Assembly: GCA_052440005.1 (NCBI GenBank)
Contig: JBQVQL010000013.1
Coordinates: forward strand, 1,583-65,582
DNA length: 64,000 nt
Source of the DNA: Phreatobacter sp.
Lineage (GTDB): Bacteria > Pseudomonadota > Alphaproteobacteria > Rhizobiales > Phreatobacteraceae
Direction of reading: 5' to 3'
In this document: positions 19,017 through 27,285 of the stretch, one piece after another
How positions within the stretch are numbered: position 1 is the first letter of the stretch
Layout of the letters: each line of letters begins with the position of its first letter
Position numbers and translations under genes: made by a program
Notes under the pieces: generated by a model
What the model was told of the DNA's origin: nothing
Database searches by the model: none
What the model saw: only the letters and a program-made list of their open reading frames with translations

Positions 19017-19334
19017 TTAGAGAAGGCCGCCCAGCAGGCCGCCGTTGCCGCCGTCGCTCTCGGACGAGGAGCCCGAAACGCTGTCGTTGGACGTGCTGAC
19101 GCCGATCACCGTCGGGGCCGAGAAACCGATGCCGAGATCGCCGATGCCGGTGAACTCGCTCGACTCCATATCGCCGTCACCATCCGAACTGGCGTTCGAG
19201 GAATGGAGGACATCCGAAGTGTTCAGGCCGAAGCCCGGATTGGTGCCGATCACCGAGTCGAAAGTCGAGGACTCCGAGTTCACGTTGGTGGACTCGCGGT
19301 CACCGCCACCGAGGAGCTGGTCGAGAATGGACAT
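19017..19334 (-). CDS. small acidic Ser/Gly/Asp-rich protein, candidate T1SS cargo (105 aa)
   Basis: ATG 19334 with GGAGA 8 nt upstream. High GC3. One Arg, no Lys, no Cys, about 15 Asp/Glu and about 20% Ser. Begins MSILDQLLGGGD and ends SESDGGNGGLLGGLL. 45 nt upstream of the ABC gene. Confidence 0.7.
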   Translation of the reverse strand: MSILDQLLGGGDRESTNVNSESSTFDSVIGTNPGFGLNTSDVLHSSNASSDGDGDMESSEFTGIGDLGIGFSAPTVIGVSTSNDSVSGSSSESDGGNGGLLGGLL

Positions 19335-19584
19335 AATGTGTCTCCGTTGAATGACTTCAAAGGGTTAGTCGACGATGTCGTTGGCATGGCCTTCGAGTGC
19401 ATCGACACGTGAACAACCGTCCGGCGCCTCACGGCGTTCCTGCGCCAATTGCGGCAAAGCGGTGAAACCCGGGGCATCTTGGTGATTGTCGCGGCGAGGC
19501 TGGAGGCTCGACCTCACCGCGGGGACGCCCGAAGCCGGTGCGGTTCACCATGGCAGCCGAAGGGCCATGGGCGCACGAGAACCC

Positions 19585-20106
19585 TCAAGCCTTAGGCCGC
19601 CTGCCCTGGCGCGAATCCGGAACGACGAGCACCTCCAGACCCGCGAACAGGCGGGCGATCCGATGGATCGCTCTCTGGTCGAGATCGGACAGGTCTTGTC
19701 GCGCCACCGCCTCTTCCTCGCGCACCACCAGCCTCCACGACCGGCCGGGCGTCCGCTCGATCCAACCCCTCTCTGCGAGAAAGGTCAGCTTGCGGCGCAC
19801 CGTCTCGCGCGGAATACCCGTGACGTCCGCGAGGCGTGACGCGGTGATGGCGCCTCGCTCCTCCTGGTCCCCGTCGGCTCCGGCATGCGCCAGGGAGGCG
19901 ATCCGCACCTGTCCCACGATGGCCAAAACCAGCATGGCCTGCAGGTCGCCGCCGAAGGCCCGCGAGAGGTCGCTGAGATGCTCCGTCAGGAATTCAACAA
20001 AGCGATACTGATATTCGCGATAGCGCGCGGCGAAGGCCTCGCGGACCTCGCGGGCCCGTTCCTCGAGCGGCCCTGGCGGGCCGTCTGTCGCGCCCCGGAT
20101 TGGCAT
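19585..20106 (-). CDS. winged-helix (MarR/IclR-like) transcriptional regulator
   Basis: 173 aa. HTH-like segment ITASRLADVTGIPRETVRRKLTFLAERGWIER. Same strand as the T1SS locus, 250 bp upstream of it. Confidence 0.65.
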   Translation of the reverse strand: MPIRGATDGPPGPLEERAREVREAFAARYREYQYRFVEFLTEHLSDLSRAFGGDLQAMLVLAIVGQVRIASLAHAGADGDQEERGAITASRLADVTGIPRETVRRKLTFLAERGWIERTPGRSWRLVVREEEAVARQDLSDLDQRAIHRIARLFAGLEVLVVPDSRQGRRPKA

Positions 20107-20190
20107 GGCTCCATCCTCCCGATATGCAGCCCGCCATTGCCGGCAGGTCCTTGTTGGCGCCTGCGTCTGTGGCGCTTGCTCCGGGTCTCA

Positions 20191-20209
20191 GCCTCCCCAC
20201 AGCTGTGAG
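20191..20209 (+). repeat. left copy of an imperfect direct repeat (candidate att-like site)
   Basis: GCCTCCCCACAGCTGTGAG here versus GCCTCCCGCAGCTGAG at 24148-24163. 15 aligned identities with two small gaps, same orientation. Confidence 0.3.
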
Positions 20210-20453
20210 CGTGTGAGGCCTGACAACAGCGGCATTAGGTAGCAAACTCACCTAGAAAAGTTGATGTCAACGCAAGGCGTTGACCTATGATGCGGGCATG
20301 TCAGACACCATCCGCCCCGCCAGAACCCGACATTCGAACACACGATATCCGGGCTGCTCACCAACCGAGCCATGCTGTTCCATGAAGCCGAGCGTATCCG
20401 GGACCGGCTAGCGGAGATCAGAAACGACATTCACGCTCTGGACCGCGTGCCCC

Positions 20454-21434
20454 TTAAGCGCGGCCGGGAACGGCTGCATCGAAGAAGCCGGAAAGAACCT
20501 GCGCCAGTGCCTCGGGGTTTTCGTCGCCCAACCAGTGGCCGGCTTTGGGGATCACCGCGCCCGCGACCTTGGTCGCCACCGCGCGGAAAAGCTGTTCGAT
20601 GTATGGCCCGCCACTCATGGCGCCGCCGATCCCGAGAACCGGAATGTCGAGGGGCACAGCCGCAAGCCGCGCATTGTCGGCGGCGTCTTGCCAGACGCTG
20701 GCGTAGTACATAATCCCAGCGCGCAAGGCGCCAGGTCGCTGGATTGCGCGGAGATAGGCTTCGAAATGCTCCGGGCTGACAGCTTCGCCATCATGCGCGA
20801 TGTGCCAGAAGAACCAGCTCAGCAGTTCGCGTTCGCGGCCCTGAAACGCCATGATGGCCACGTCCGGTACCGTGAACAGGCCGAGATGCCAGTTTGATGC
20901 GTCGGTCCAGTCTGGGGTCGGTACCATGAATGACTCATAGCCGAAGCCGGCGAGGCCAAACTCCATGACCGCCAATCGCACCACCCTTTCGCGGTGGCCC
21001 CCGGCAAGTGCATAGGCGACGCCGGCACCGAGGTCGTAGCCTGCTATATTCGCGTTGCGAATGCCGAGCGCATCCATGACCGCCACGATGTCCGCGGCCA
21101 TCGTCACCTTGTCATAGCCATCGGCTGGAATTGACGAGTTACCCGCGCCACGCAGATCGGGAACGATGACGCGGAAGCGCTTGGCAAGTGCAGGCGCAAC
21201 TGTGTGCCACATGAGTCCGTGCTGCGGCCATCCATGAAGCAGGACGAGCGCTTCTCCGTTGCCGGCCTCGCGCACGAACAGGTTGACGCCTGGGGCCGTC
21301 TGGATCCGGTGGGTGGTGAAACTAGCAAAGCTGCCTCCTGTCGCATCTTGGCCAGGGTCCGTGGGCAGAGCCAGCGTCTCGAATGCATGCGGATGGGTGC
21401 CAACGCATGTCATGAATCCACACCTCTTATTCAT
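20454..21434 (-). CDS. alpha/beta hydrolase (epoxide hydrolase / haloacid-haloalkane dehalogenase-like)
   Basis: HGWP oxyanion motif (LLHGWPQHG), Asp nucleophile elbow GYDLGAG. ATG 21434 overlaps the pirin stop (ATGA). Confidence 0.85.
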   Translation of the reverse strand: MNKRCGFMTCVGTHPHAFETLALPTDPGQDATGGSFASFTTHRIQTAPGVNLFVREAGNGEALVLLHGWPQHGLMWHTVAPALAKRFRVIVPDLRGAGNSSIPADGYDKVTMAADIVAVMDALGIRNANIAGYDLGAGVAYALAGGHRERVVRLAVMEFGLAGFGYESFMVPTPDWTDASNWHLGLFTVPDVAIMAFQGRERELLSWFFWHIAHDGEAVSPEHFEAYLRAIQRPGALRAGIMYYASVWQDAADNARLAAVPLDIPVLGIGGAMSGGPYIEQLFRAVATKVAGAVIPKAGHWLGDENPEALAQVLSGFFDAAVPGRA

Positions 21435-22293
21435 CGCGTCTGATCGAAATCGCGGTCGAGCTCGGATTGATCGAAAGCGGTCAGGCGACCCATGCCACCT
21501 GCCCTGAAGCGAGCCTCAAAGGCGCGGGCCTGCGATTGGCTCGATGCGACAAAGGGGCCAGCCGAAATGACGGATTGGCGCAGCGGTGGCCCTCCAAAGA
21601 GGGTCAGTCGTACATTGCCGCGCGCGGTCAGGCGCAAGGCGTCAACGTTGCTGAACACAGCGGTCCCGCGGTCTGCGACGCCTGCCGCTGTTGCAACTTC
21701 GCCGTCGCGGATCACGACGAAGGCGGCTTCACCATCCGGGATCGGCTCTTCCAGGACTGCGCCGTCTTGCAGCTCAATATCCACGATCCGCGCCGCAAGC
21801 GGCGCCTTAATCGGCGAGGTCAGTCCGGCAGACGTGCCAAGCAAGACCCGGCGCAGCACTCCGTCCGATGCGATCATTGGAACGTCCGCAGCGGGCAGAT
21901 GCAATGCAGCAGGTGTAACCTCACGATCGGCGGCGGCGTGGTCGATCCAGATCTGCAAACCGAGCGCCAACCGCCCGCTGCGAGTTACCGTCTCCTCATG
22001 CATCACGCCGGCGCCCGCGACCGTGAGATGGAAGGCACCCGGTGGGATCAGGTTCCGATTACCCAGCGTATCCTGGTTCCAGAACCCGATCTGGCTTTCG
22101 GGAAAAATGTAGGTCGCAACCGAAAACCCGGCATGCGGGTGCGGCGGGAAGAGGGGGCTGCGCATTTCAAAGAGCGACACCACCAGGAAGGGGTCGTCCA
22201 GCCGCCGAGGTTGTTCGCAATCAGGTCACGGGTGACCAGTTCCGGTCGATTGATGCCCCTGGGCATTGTGAAAACAGAGAGGCCGGGCGGCAT
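21431..22293 (-). pseudogene. pirin family protein, apparent frameshift in the N-terminal region
   Basis: The main frame (21431..22228) contains LDDPFLVVSLFEMRSPLFPPHPHAGFSVATYIF, the pirin cupin motif. The only plausible N-terminus (ATG 22293, MPPGLSVFTMPRGINRPELVTRDLIANNLGG) is in another frame, and the frames meet near 22199-22204. Confidence 0.6.
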
Positions 22294-22384
22294 CGCTGGT
22301 CCTTTCGCTCGATAGGGAAGGGCTAGAACATCCGGGCCACGGGATGGTAGTGGCTGAAATTGGATTTACTGTCCGGATTTTCGA

Positions 22385-23281
22385 ATGACCTACCCCAACC
22401 TGAACCATCTCATGACGTTTGCCGCGCTGGCGGAGGCCGGCAGTTTCGTGGGCGCGGCCAGACGGTTGCGTCTGCCCACCTCGACGGTCAGCGAACATGT
22501 CGCTGCCTTGGAGAAGAACCTCGGTTTGCAACTGGTCGTCCGCACAACCCGTCAGAATCGGTTGACTGAGGCGGGGCACGTTCTGGCCCGAGGAGCCGCA
22601 CGGATGGTTCAGGAGGTGTCTGAGACTTTGGCGGGCATTGAGGCGCATGTCGCCCAACCCACCGGAGCGCTGCGCCTGAGCCTGCCTTTCGCCTTCGCCG
22701 CGGAGATCGTTGGCCCGGCTGTTGGGCGGTTTGCAGCGCTCTATCCCGGCATCCGGCTTGAGATCGCGGTATCCAACCAGATCGAGGACCTGATCGCCGG
22801 GGGGTTCGATCTCGCCGTGCGGATCGGCCCATTGGACGACAGCAGCCTAATGCGTCGGAGCCTCGGAGCAATGCCCCAGCATCTCGTGGCAAGTACAGCC
22901 TATTTGAACGCGCGCGGCAGGCCCCAGACAGTTGCCGCTCTATCCGAGCACTGCTTCGCCGGCTTTAGGGGGGAAACCAGACTTACACTTCGCGGTCCGG
23001 AAGGCGTTATGGAGACTGAACTTAAGGCGCAGGTCGCTGTCAACGACCCCAAAACGCTGGTCGCCATCGTTCGCGGAGGGGGCGGAATTGGGCTCGTCCC
23101 GCGTTTCCTATCGCAGCCAGGCTTAAACGAAGGCGCTCTTGAAGTCGTGTTGCCCGAACATCGTATTGCGCCTGTCCAAATGTCGATCGTTCACTACGGG
23201 ACGGCCGCGGGAAATCCACGCGCTGATCTATTCACCAGCTTTCTTCAAGCCGAGATGAAGGAGTATCTCGCGAAGATGTGA
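22385..23281 (+). CDS. LysR family transcriptional regulator
   Basis: N-terminal HTH LNHLMTFAALAEAGSFVGAARRLRLPTSTVSEHVAALEKNLG plus a LysR substrate-binding domain. Divergent from the pirin/hydrolase pair. Confidence 0.9.
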   Translation: MTYPNLNHLMTFAALAEAGSFVGAARRLRLPTSTVSEHVAALEKNLGLQLVVRTTRQNRLTEAGHVLARGAARMVQEVSETLAGIEAHVAQPTGALRLSLPFAFAAEIVGPAVGRFAALYPGIRLEIAVSNQIEDLIAGGFDLAVRIGPLDDSSLMRRSLGAMPQHLVASTAYLNARGRPQTVAALSEHCFAGFRGETRLTLRGPEGVMETELKAQVAVNDPKTLVAIVRGGGGIGLVPRFLSQPGLNEGALEVVLPEHRIAPVQMSIVHYGTAAGNPRADLFTSFLQAEMKEYLAKM

Positions 23282-23415
23282 GAACAATGCCTCGCCATAG
23301 GAGCACCTTTTCAGCATTTACTTTTGGCGAGCCTGCTGTTTCTGCTGTCGAGGCAGGAAGCTGCAGCGCGGTGGTATGATTTTTTCCGGGTGCGGCATCC
23401 TTTGGAGGATGCGTC

Positions 23416-24042
23416 ATGGAACGAGAGACATCATCCGAACAGGTCCGGCACGCGTGGAACTCGGGACTGATGGTCGGCCCCAAACCGCCGCTCAAGCCGA
23501 AGGACATTTGGGCGATCCGGGCCCAGCTCCGACACCAGCACCGCATACGCAATCTCGCGTTGTTCAATCTCGCGATCGACTGCAAGCTGCGGGGTTGCGA
23601 TCTGGTGCACCTCCGCGTCGCTGATGTCGTTCTGGCAGGCAGCGTCCGGCCGCGAGCCTCCGTTGGGCAAAGAAAGACCGGTCGACCTGTTGTCTTCGAG
23701 CTGACGGAGGCATCGCGAGAGTCTGTGCTGGGGTGGCTGCGAGTTCGCCCCCAGCGGAATGGCGATTGGCTCTTCCCTATCGGAAGCAAATCGGGACAGC
23801 CCCTGACCACCCGCCAATACGCGCGGCTGCTTGGCGACTGGTTGGATCTGGCCGGGCGCGATCACACGCTATTCGGCACCCACAGTCTGCGCCGCACGAG
23901 GGTCGCCTTGATCTACAAGAGGACCGGCAATCTGCGGGCCTGCCAACTCCTGCTTGGGCATACGAAGCTGGAGACGACGGTTCGCTACCTGGGCGTGGAA
24001 CTCGATGACGCGCTTGAACTTTCCGAGCAGGTCGATCTCTGA
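23416..24042 (+). CDS. tyrosine-type site-specific recombinase, catalytic-core-only (208 aa)
   Basis: Catalytic residues in order: R (CKLRGCDL), HxxR (HSLRRT), LLGH, Y (TTVRYLG). There is no room for an N-terminal arm/core-binding domain. Confidence 0.85.
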   Translation: MERETSSEQVRHAWNSGLMVGPKPPLKPKDIWAIRAQLRHQHRIRNLALFNLAIDCKLRGCDLVHLRVADVVLAGSVRPRASVGQRKTGRPVVFELTEASRESVLGWLRVRPQRNGDWLFPIGSKSGQPLTTRQYARLLGDWLDLAGRDHTLFGTHSLRRTRVALIYKRTGNLRACQLLLGHTKLETTVRYLGVELDDALELSEQVDL

Positions 24043-24049
24043 GGGTCTG

Positions 24050-24077
24050 GCGGCGCGGCATCGCAACGCCGCGCCGC
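24050..24077 (+). terminator. GC-rich hairpin just after the recombinase gene
   Basis: GCGGCGCGGC-atcgcaac-GCCGCGCCGC (10-bp stem) 8 nt after the stop. No U-tract, so function is uncertain. Confidence 0.35.
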
Positions 24078-24147
24078 TGCCATAGGGCTTGGGGCCAAAA
24101 CCGACATCCAGGGTGTCGGGTTTGGCAGGTCGAGTGGTTCGGCCAAG

Positions 24148-24163
24148 GCCTCCCGCAGCTGAG
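24148..24163 (+). repeat. right copy of an imperfect direct repeat (candidate att-like site)
   Basis: GCCTCCCGCAGCTGAG, matching 20191-20209. It lies about 100 bp after the recombinase gene. Confidence 0.3.
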
Positions 24164-24364
24164 ATGGTCCGAAAGCGGCGGCGGTGCCACCTTGATCCGG
24201 GTGTGGAAACCGTTGTTTTGTGAGGACGGGGCCAAGGGCCAAGGGACCGTTTTAGGGTTGGCCCTGAGCCGCCTGGCTTTTCCGCAATCAGCGAGTCCCC
24301 TTGGCGTGCAACTGGCCCGCAAATGACGGGGGCCTGGTAGCTGCGATGGGAACCGGTACGATCC

Positions 24365-25081
24365 ATGGCGAAAACGCGCTTCCCGGTCTGGCGGCTGATC
24401 CAGAGTGATCTGGAAGCCGAGATCCGTTCAGGGCTGATCGGGCCGGGGGACCAACTGCCGTCGGAGAACGAGCTGGCCGAACGCTTTGGCGTGAACCGTC
24501 ACACGGTGCGCATGGCGCTCGCCAACCTCGCCATGCTCGGCCTCGTGCGGGCCCGCCGCGGACGCGGCGTCTTCGTCGAGGACCGGCCCCCCGAGTACCG
24601 TATCACGCGCGATTCCAAATGGAGCGAGATCGAGCGCCAGATGAACGCCGGGCCCTCGGGGCGCGTCGTCGGCACCGAGGAGCGACTGGCGACGACCGCC
24701 ATTGCCGGCCATCTCGGCCTCGCCGAGGGCACGCCGGTGGTGATGGTCGAGACGGTGCGCGGCGCCAGCCCGTCGCTCCTCATCTACGGCTACCATCTCT
24801 TCGACGGCGGCCGCTTCGCCGGCATCGGCGAGGCCGTGGCGCGCTCTGGCAGCTTCACCCAGGCGCTGGCCGAATACGGCGTCGACGCCTTCTACCGCGC
24901 CTCGACCTGGCTCGACTGCCGCATGCCGCGGCCGCGCGAGGCGGAGGCGCTCTCCATCCCGCTCGACGCGCCCGTTCTGGTGATGATGTATGTGGACAGC
25001 GACGCCGAGGGGCGACCGCTGCTCTACGGCAATGCCGTGATCCCGTCCGGCAGCCTCATCGTGCGCATCGACACGCTCTGA
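24365..25081 (+). CDS. phnF: GntR-family (HutC subfamily) regulator, PhnF-like phosphonate-metabolism regulator
   Basis: wHTH LPSENELAERFGVNRHTVRMALANLAMLGLVRARRGRGVFV plus a UTRA-type C-domain with PhnF-like segments (YRITRDSKWSEI, SFTQALAEYGVDAFYRAST). Heads an operon containing phnDEC. Confidence 0.7.
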   Translation: MAKTRFPVWRLIQSDLEAEIRSGLIGPGDQLPSENELAERFGVNRHTVRMALANLAMLGLVRARRGRGVFVEDRPPEYRITRDSKWSEIERQMNAGPSGRVVGTEERLATTAIAGHLGLAEGTPVVMVETVRGASPSLLIYGYHLFDGGRFAGIGEAVARSGSFTQALAEYGVDAFYRASTWLDCRMPRPREAEALSIPLDAPVLVMMYVDSDAEGRPLLYGNAVIPSGSLIVRIDTL

Positions 25082-25089
25082 AACGCCGT

Positions 25090-25107
25090 CCGTCACACGC
25101 CCGTTAA
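25090..25107 (+). promoter_or_regulatory. weak PHO-box-like 7-4-7 direct repeat upstream of the ABC operon
   Basis: CCGTCAC-acgc-CCGTTAA, about 9/14 matches to CTGTCAT-N4-CTGTCAT. Followed by the inverted repeat CTTGTCG-N9-CGACAAG (25108-25130). Confidence 0.25.
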
Positions 25108-25163
25108 CTTGTCGAGCTAAAGGCGACAAGTCAGCCCCGCGGGGCGTCGATGGGCAGGGCGCC

Positions 25164-26348
25164 ATGGCCGGAATATCGCTGCGCGGCATCGCGAAGAGCT
25201 TTCGGGACACGCCGGTCCTGCAGGGCGTCTCGCTGGACATCGCCCAGGGCGAATTCCTGACGCTGGTCGGCCCGTCGGGCTGCGGCAAGACGACGATCCT
25301 GCGCATCCTCGCCGGGCTCGAGACCCAGGACGCGGGCGACGTCGTCATCGACGGCGCGGTGGTCGACGACCTGCCGCCGAAGGCGCGGGACATTGCCATG
25401 GTGTTCCAGTCCTACGCCCTCTACCCCTACATGACGGTCGCGGAGAACATTGGCCTGCCGCTGGAGATGCGCCGGCTTTCGGCGGCCCAGCGCCTGCCTC
25501 TGGTCGGGCGGATCATGCCCGGCGCGGCCACGGCGCGCGCCGGCATCGCCGCCGACGTGACGGCGGTCGCCGAGGGCCTCGGGATCGGCCACCTGCTCGC
25601 GCGGCGGCCCGCCCAGTTGTCGGGCGGCCAGCGCCAGCGCGTCGCCCTCGCGCGCGCCATGGTGCGGCGGCCCAAGGCCTTCCTGATGGACGAGCCGCTG
25701 TCGAACCTCGACGCCAAGATGCGCGTGCAGGCGCGCACGGAAATCTCTGAGCTGCATCGGAGCCTCGGCACCACCTTCGTCTACGTCACCCACGACCAGG
25801 CCGAGGCCATGACCATGTCGGACCGGGTGGCGGTGATGATGGGCGGCCGCCTGATGCAGGTCGCATCGCCCCAGGTCATCTACGACGACCCGCAGGACCT
25901 GGCAGTGGCGACCTTCATCGGCACGCCGGAGATCAACACCCTGCCGGCGCGGATCGAGGCCGACGGCGGCCTCACGGTGCTCGGTGCGCGCTGGCCGGTG
26001 GCGGTCGCCACGTCGACGGGGGGGCAGGTCACCGCCGCCGTCCGGCCGGAGGTTCTGCTGCCGGCGGGACGCGGCGAGGCAGCGATCGGGATCACCGGCA
26101 CGGTCCGCCATGTCGAGATGCTCGGCGCAGAGACGCTCGTGCACCTGCGCGTGACGGGGGCGGAGAAGCCCGTCGTCGCACGCGTCGAGCCGGCCGTCGG
26201 GGCGCGGTTCCGCCCGGGCGAGGAGGCCGCCTTCACGGTGCAGCCCGACCGGGTGCTGGTCTTCGCCGCCGACGGACGGCGGCTGAAGGCGCAGGTGCTC
26301 ACCGACGCGCCGCTGCAGCCGCAGCGGATCGAGGCGCTCCATGTCTGA
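25164..26348 (+). CDS. ABC transporter ATP-binding protein (UgpC/MalK-type)
   Basis: Walker A GPSGCGKTT, signature LSGGQRQR, Walker B FLMDEPLSNLD, C-terminal TOBE-like regulatory domain. Confidence 0.9.
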   Translation: MAGISLRGIAKSFRDTPVLQGVSLDIAQGEFLTLVGPSGCGKTTILRILAGLETQDAGDVVIDGAVVDDLPPKARDIAMVFQSYALYPYMTVAENIGLPLEMRRLSAAQRLPLVGRIMPGAATARAGIAADVTAVAEGLGIGHLLARRPAQLSGGQRQRVALARAMVRRPKAFLMDEPLSNLDAKMRVQARTEISELHRSLGTTFVYVTHDQAEAMTMSDRVAVMMGGRLMQVASPQVIYDDPQDLAVATFIGTPEINTLPARIEADGGLTVLGARWPVAVATSTGGQVTAAVRPEVLLPAGRGEAAIGITGTVRHVEMLGAETLVHLRVTGAEKPVVARVEPAVGARFRPGEEAAFTVQPDRVLVFAADGRRLKAQVLTDAPLQPQRIEALHV

Positions 26349-27276
26349 CCTGGCGCTGCCCATGGCGGGAGCCACCGCCGTCCGCCGGCGCCGGGCGGCG
26401 GGCGAGGCGGCCGAGCAGATGGCGGCCTGGGTGCTGGCGGGGCCGGCCTTCCTGCTCATCTGGATCATGCTGCTGGGACCGACGGTCGCCGTCTTCGCCC
26501 TGTCCTTCACCGACTGGACCTTCGGCATGCCGGAGATCGCCTGGGCGGGGTTTGCCAACTACCGAGAGATGGCCGCCGACGAGGTGTTCTGGAAGACGCT
26601 GCGCAACACGCTCTCCTATGTGGCCTTCGTCGTACCGCTGTCGGTGTTCCTCGGGCTCGGCGCCGCCATCCTGATCGAGGCCGGCACCAGCCTGCGCGGC
26701 TTCTACCGCGCCGCCTTCTTCCTGCCGGTGGTCTCGACCCTCCTCGCCATGGCGCTGGTGTTCCAGTTCGCCTTCCACCCGACGGTCGGCGCCATCAACC
26801 TGACCCTCGCCTTTTTCGGCCTGCCGACGACCGACTGGCTGAAGAACCCGGACACGGCGCTCTTCGCCCTCGGCGTGATCGGCATCTGGCAGGCGATCGG
26901 CCTGTCCATGGTGCTCTTCGTCGCCGGCCTCAAGGCGATCCCCAAGGACCTCTACGAGGCCGCCGCGGTGGACGGGGCGGACGGCGCCTTCGAGCGGTTC
27001 CGGCGCGTGACCTGGCCGATGCTGGGGCCGGCGACGCTCTTCGTCGTCACCATCACCGCCATCCGCGCCTTCCAGGTCTTCGACACGGTCCAGGTCCTCA
27101 CCGACGGGGGCCCGAACAAGTCCACCAACGTGCTCCTGTTCCAGATGTACCAGGAGGGGTTTTCCTTCCTGCGCTCGGCCTATGCCGCCGCCCTCACCGT
27201 CGTCTTCCTCGGCTTCGTCCTGCTGGTCACCGTCATCCAGGTGAAGCTGCAGGAACGCCACACCCATTACGGCTGA
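26341..27276 (+). CDS. ABC transporter permease (UgpA/MalF-type)
   Basis: 311 aa, multi-TM. Starts MSDLALP and overlaps the ATPase gene by 8 nt, the same junction as in the paralogous operon at 39778-39785. Confidence 0.9.
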   Translation: MSDLALPMAGATAVRRRRAAGEAAEQMAAWVLAGPAFLLIWIMLLGPTVAVFALSFTDWTFGMPEIAWAGFANYREMAADEVFWKTLRNTLSYVAFVVPLSVFLGLGAAILIEAGTSLRGFYRAAFFLPVVSTLLAMALVFQFAFHPTVGAINLTLAFFGLPTTDWLKNPDTALFALGVIGIWQAIGLSMVLFVAGLKAIPKDLYEAAAVDGADGAFERFRRVTWPMLGPATLFVVTITAIRAFQVFDTVQVLTDGGPNKSTNVLLFQMYQEGFSFLRSAYAAALTVVFLGFVLLVTVIQVKLQERHTHYG

Positions 27277-27285
27277 GGCGACCCC

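Noticed and set aside
14794-19334. Classical RTX toxin or protease as the T1SS cargo
   Set aside because: Neither flanking protein contains GGxGxDxUx nonapeptide repeats. Gly/Asp runs such as SDGDGD and DGGNGG do not fit the nonapeptide register.
20248-20713. ORFs 20248..20430 (-) and 20372..20713 (+) in the spacer between the regulator and the hydrolase. The + frame reads ..ISGLLTNRAMLFHEAERIRDRLAEIRNDIHALDRV..
   Set aside because: The + ORF has no start upstream of the helical segment and runs antisense into the hydrolase gene. The - ORF has poor composition. It may be a decayed gene fragment, but it is not supportable as a gene. The nearby inverted repeat GTTGA-TG-TCAAC followed by GTTGAC (20260-20284) may be an operator or promoter element but is unassigned.
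24042-24365. tRNA or ncRNA integration target next to the recombinase
   Set aside because: The region contains two hairpins (24050-24077 and CCGACA-tccaggg-TGTCGG at 24101-24119) but no cloverleaf-compatible sequence was found.
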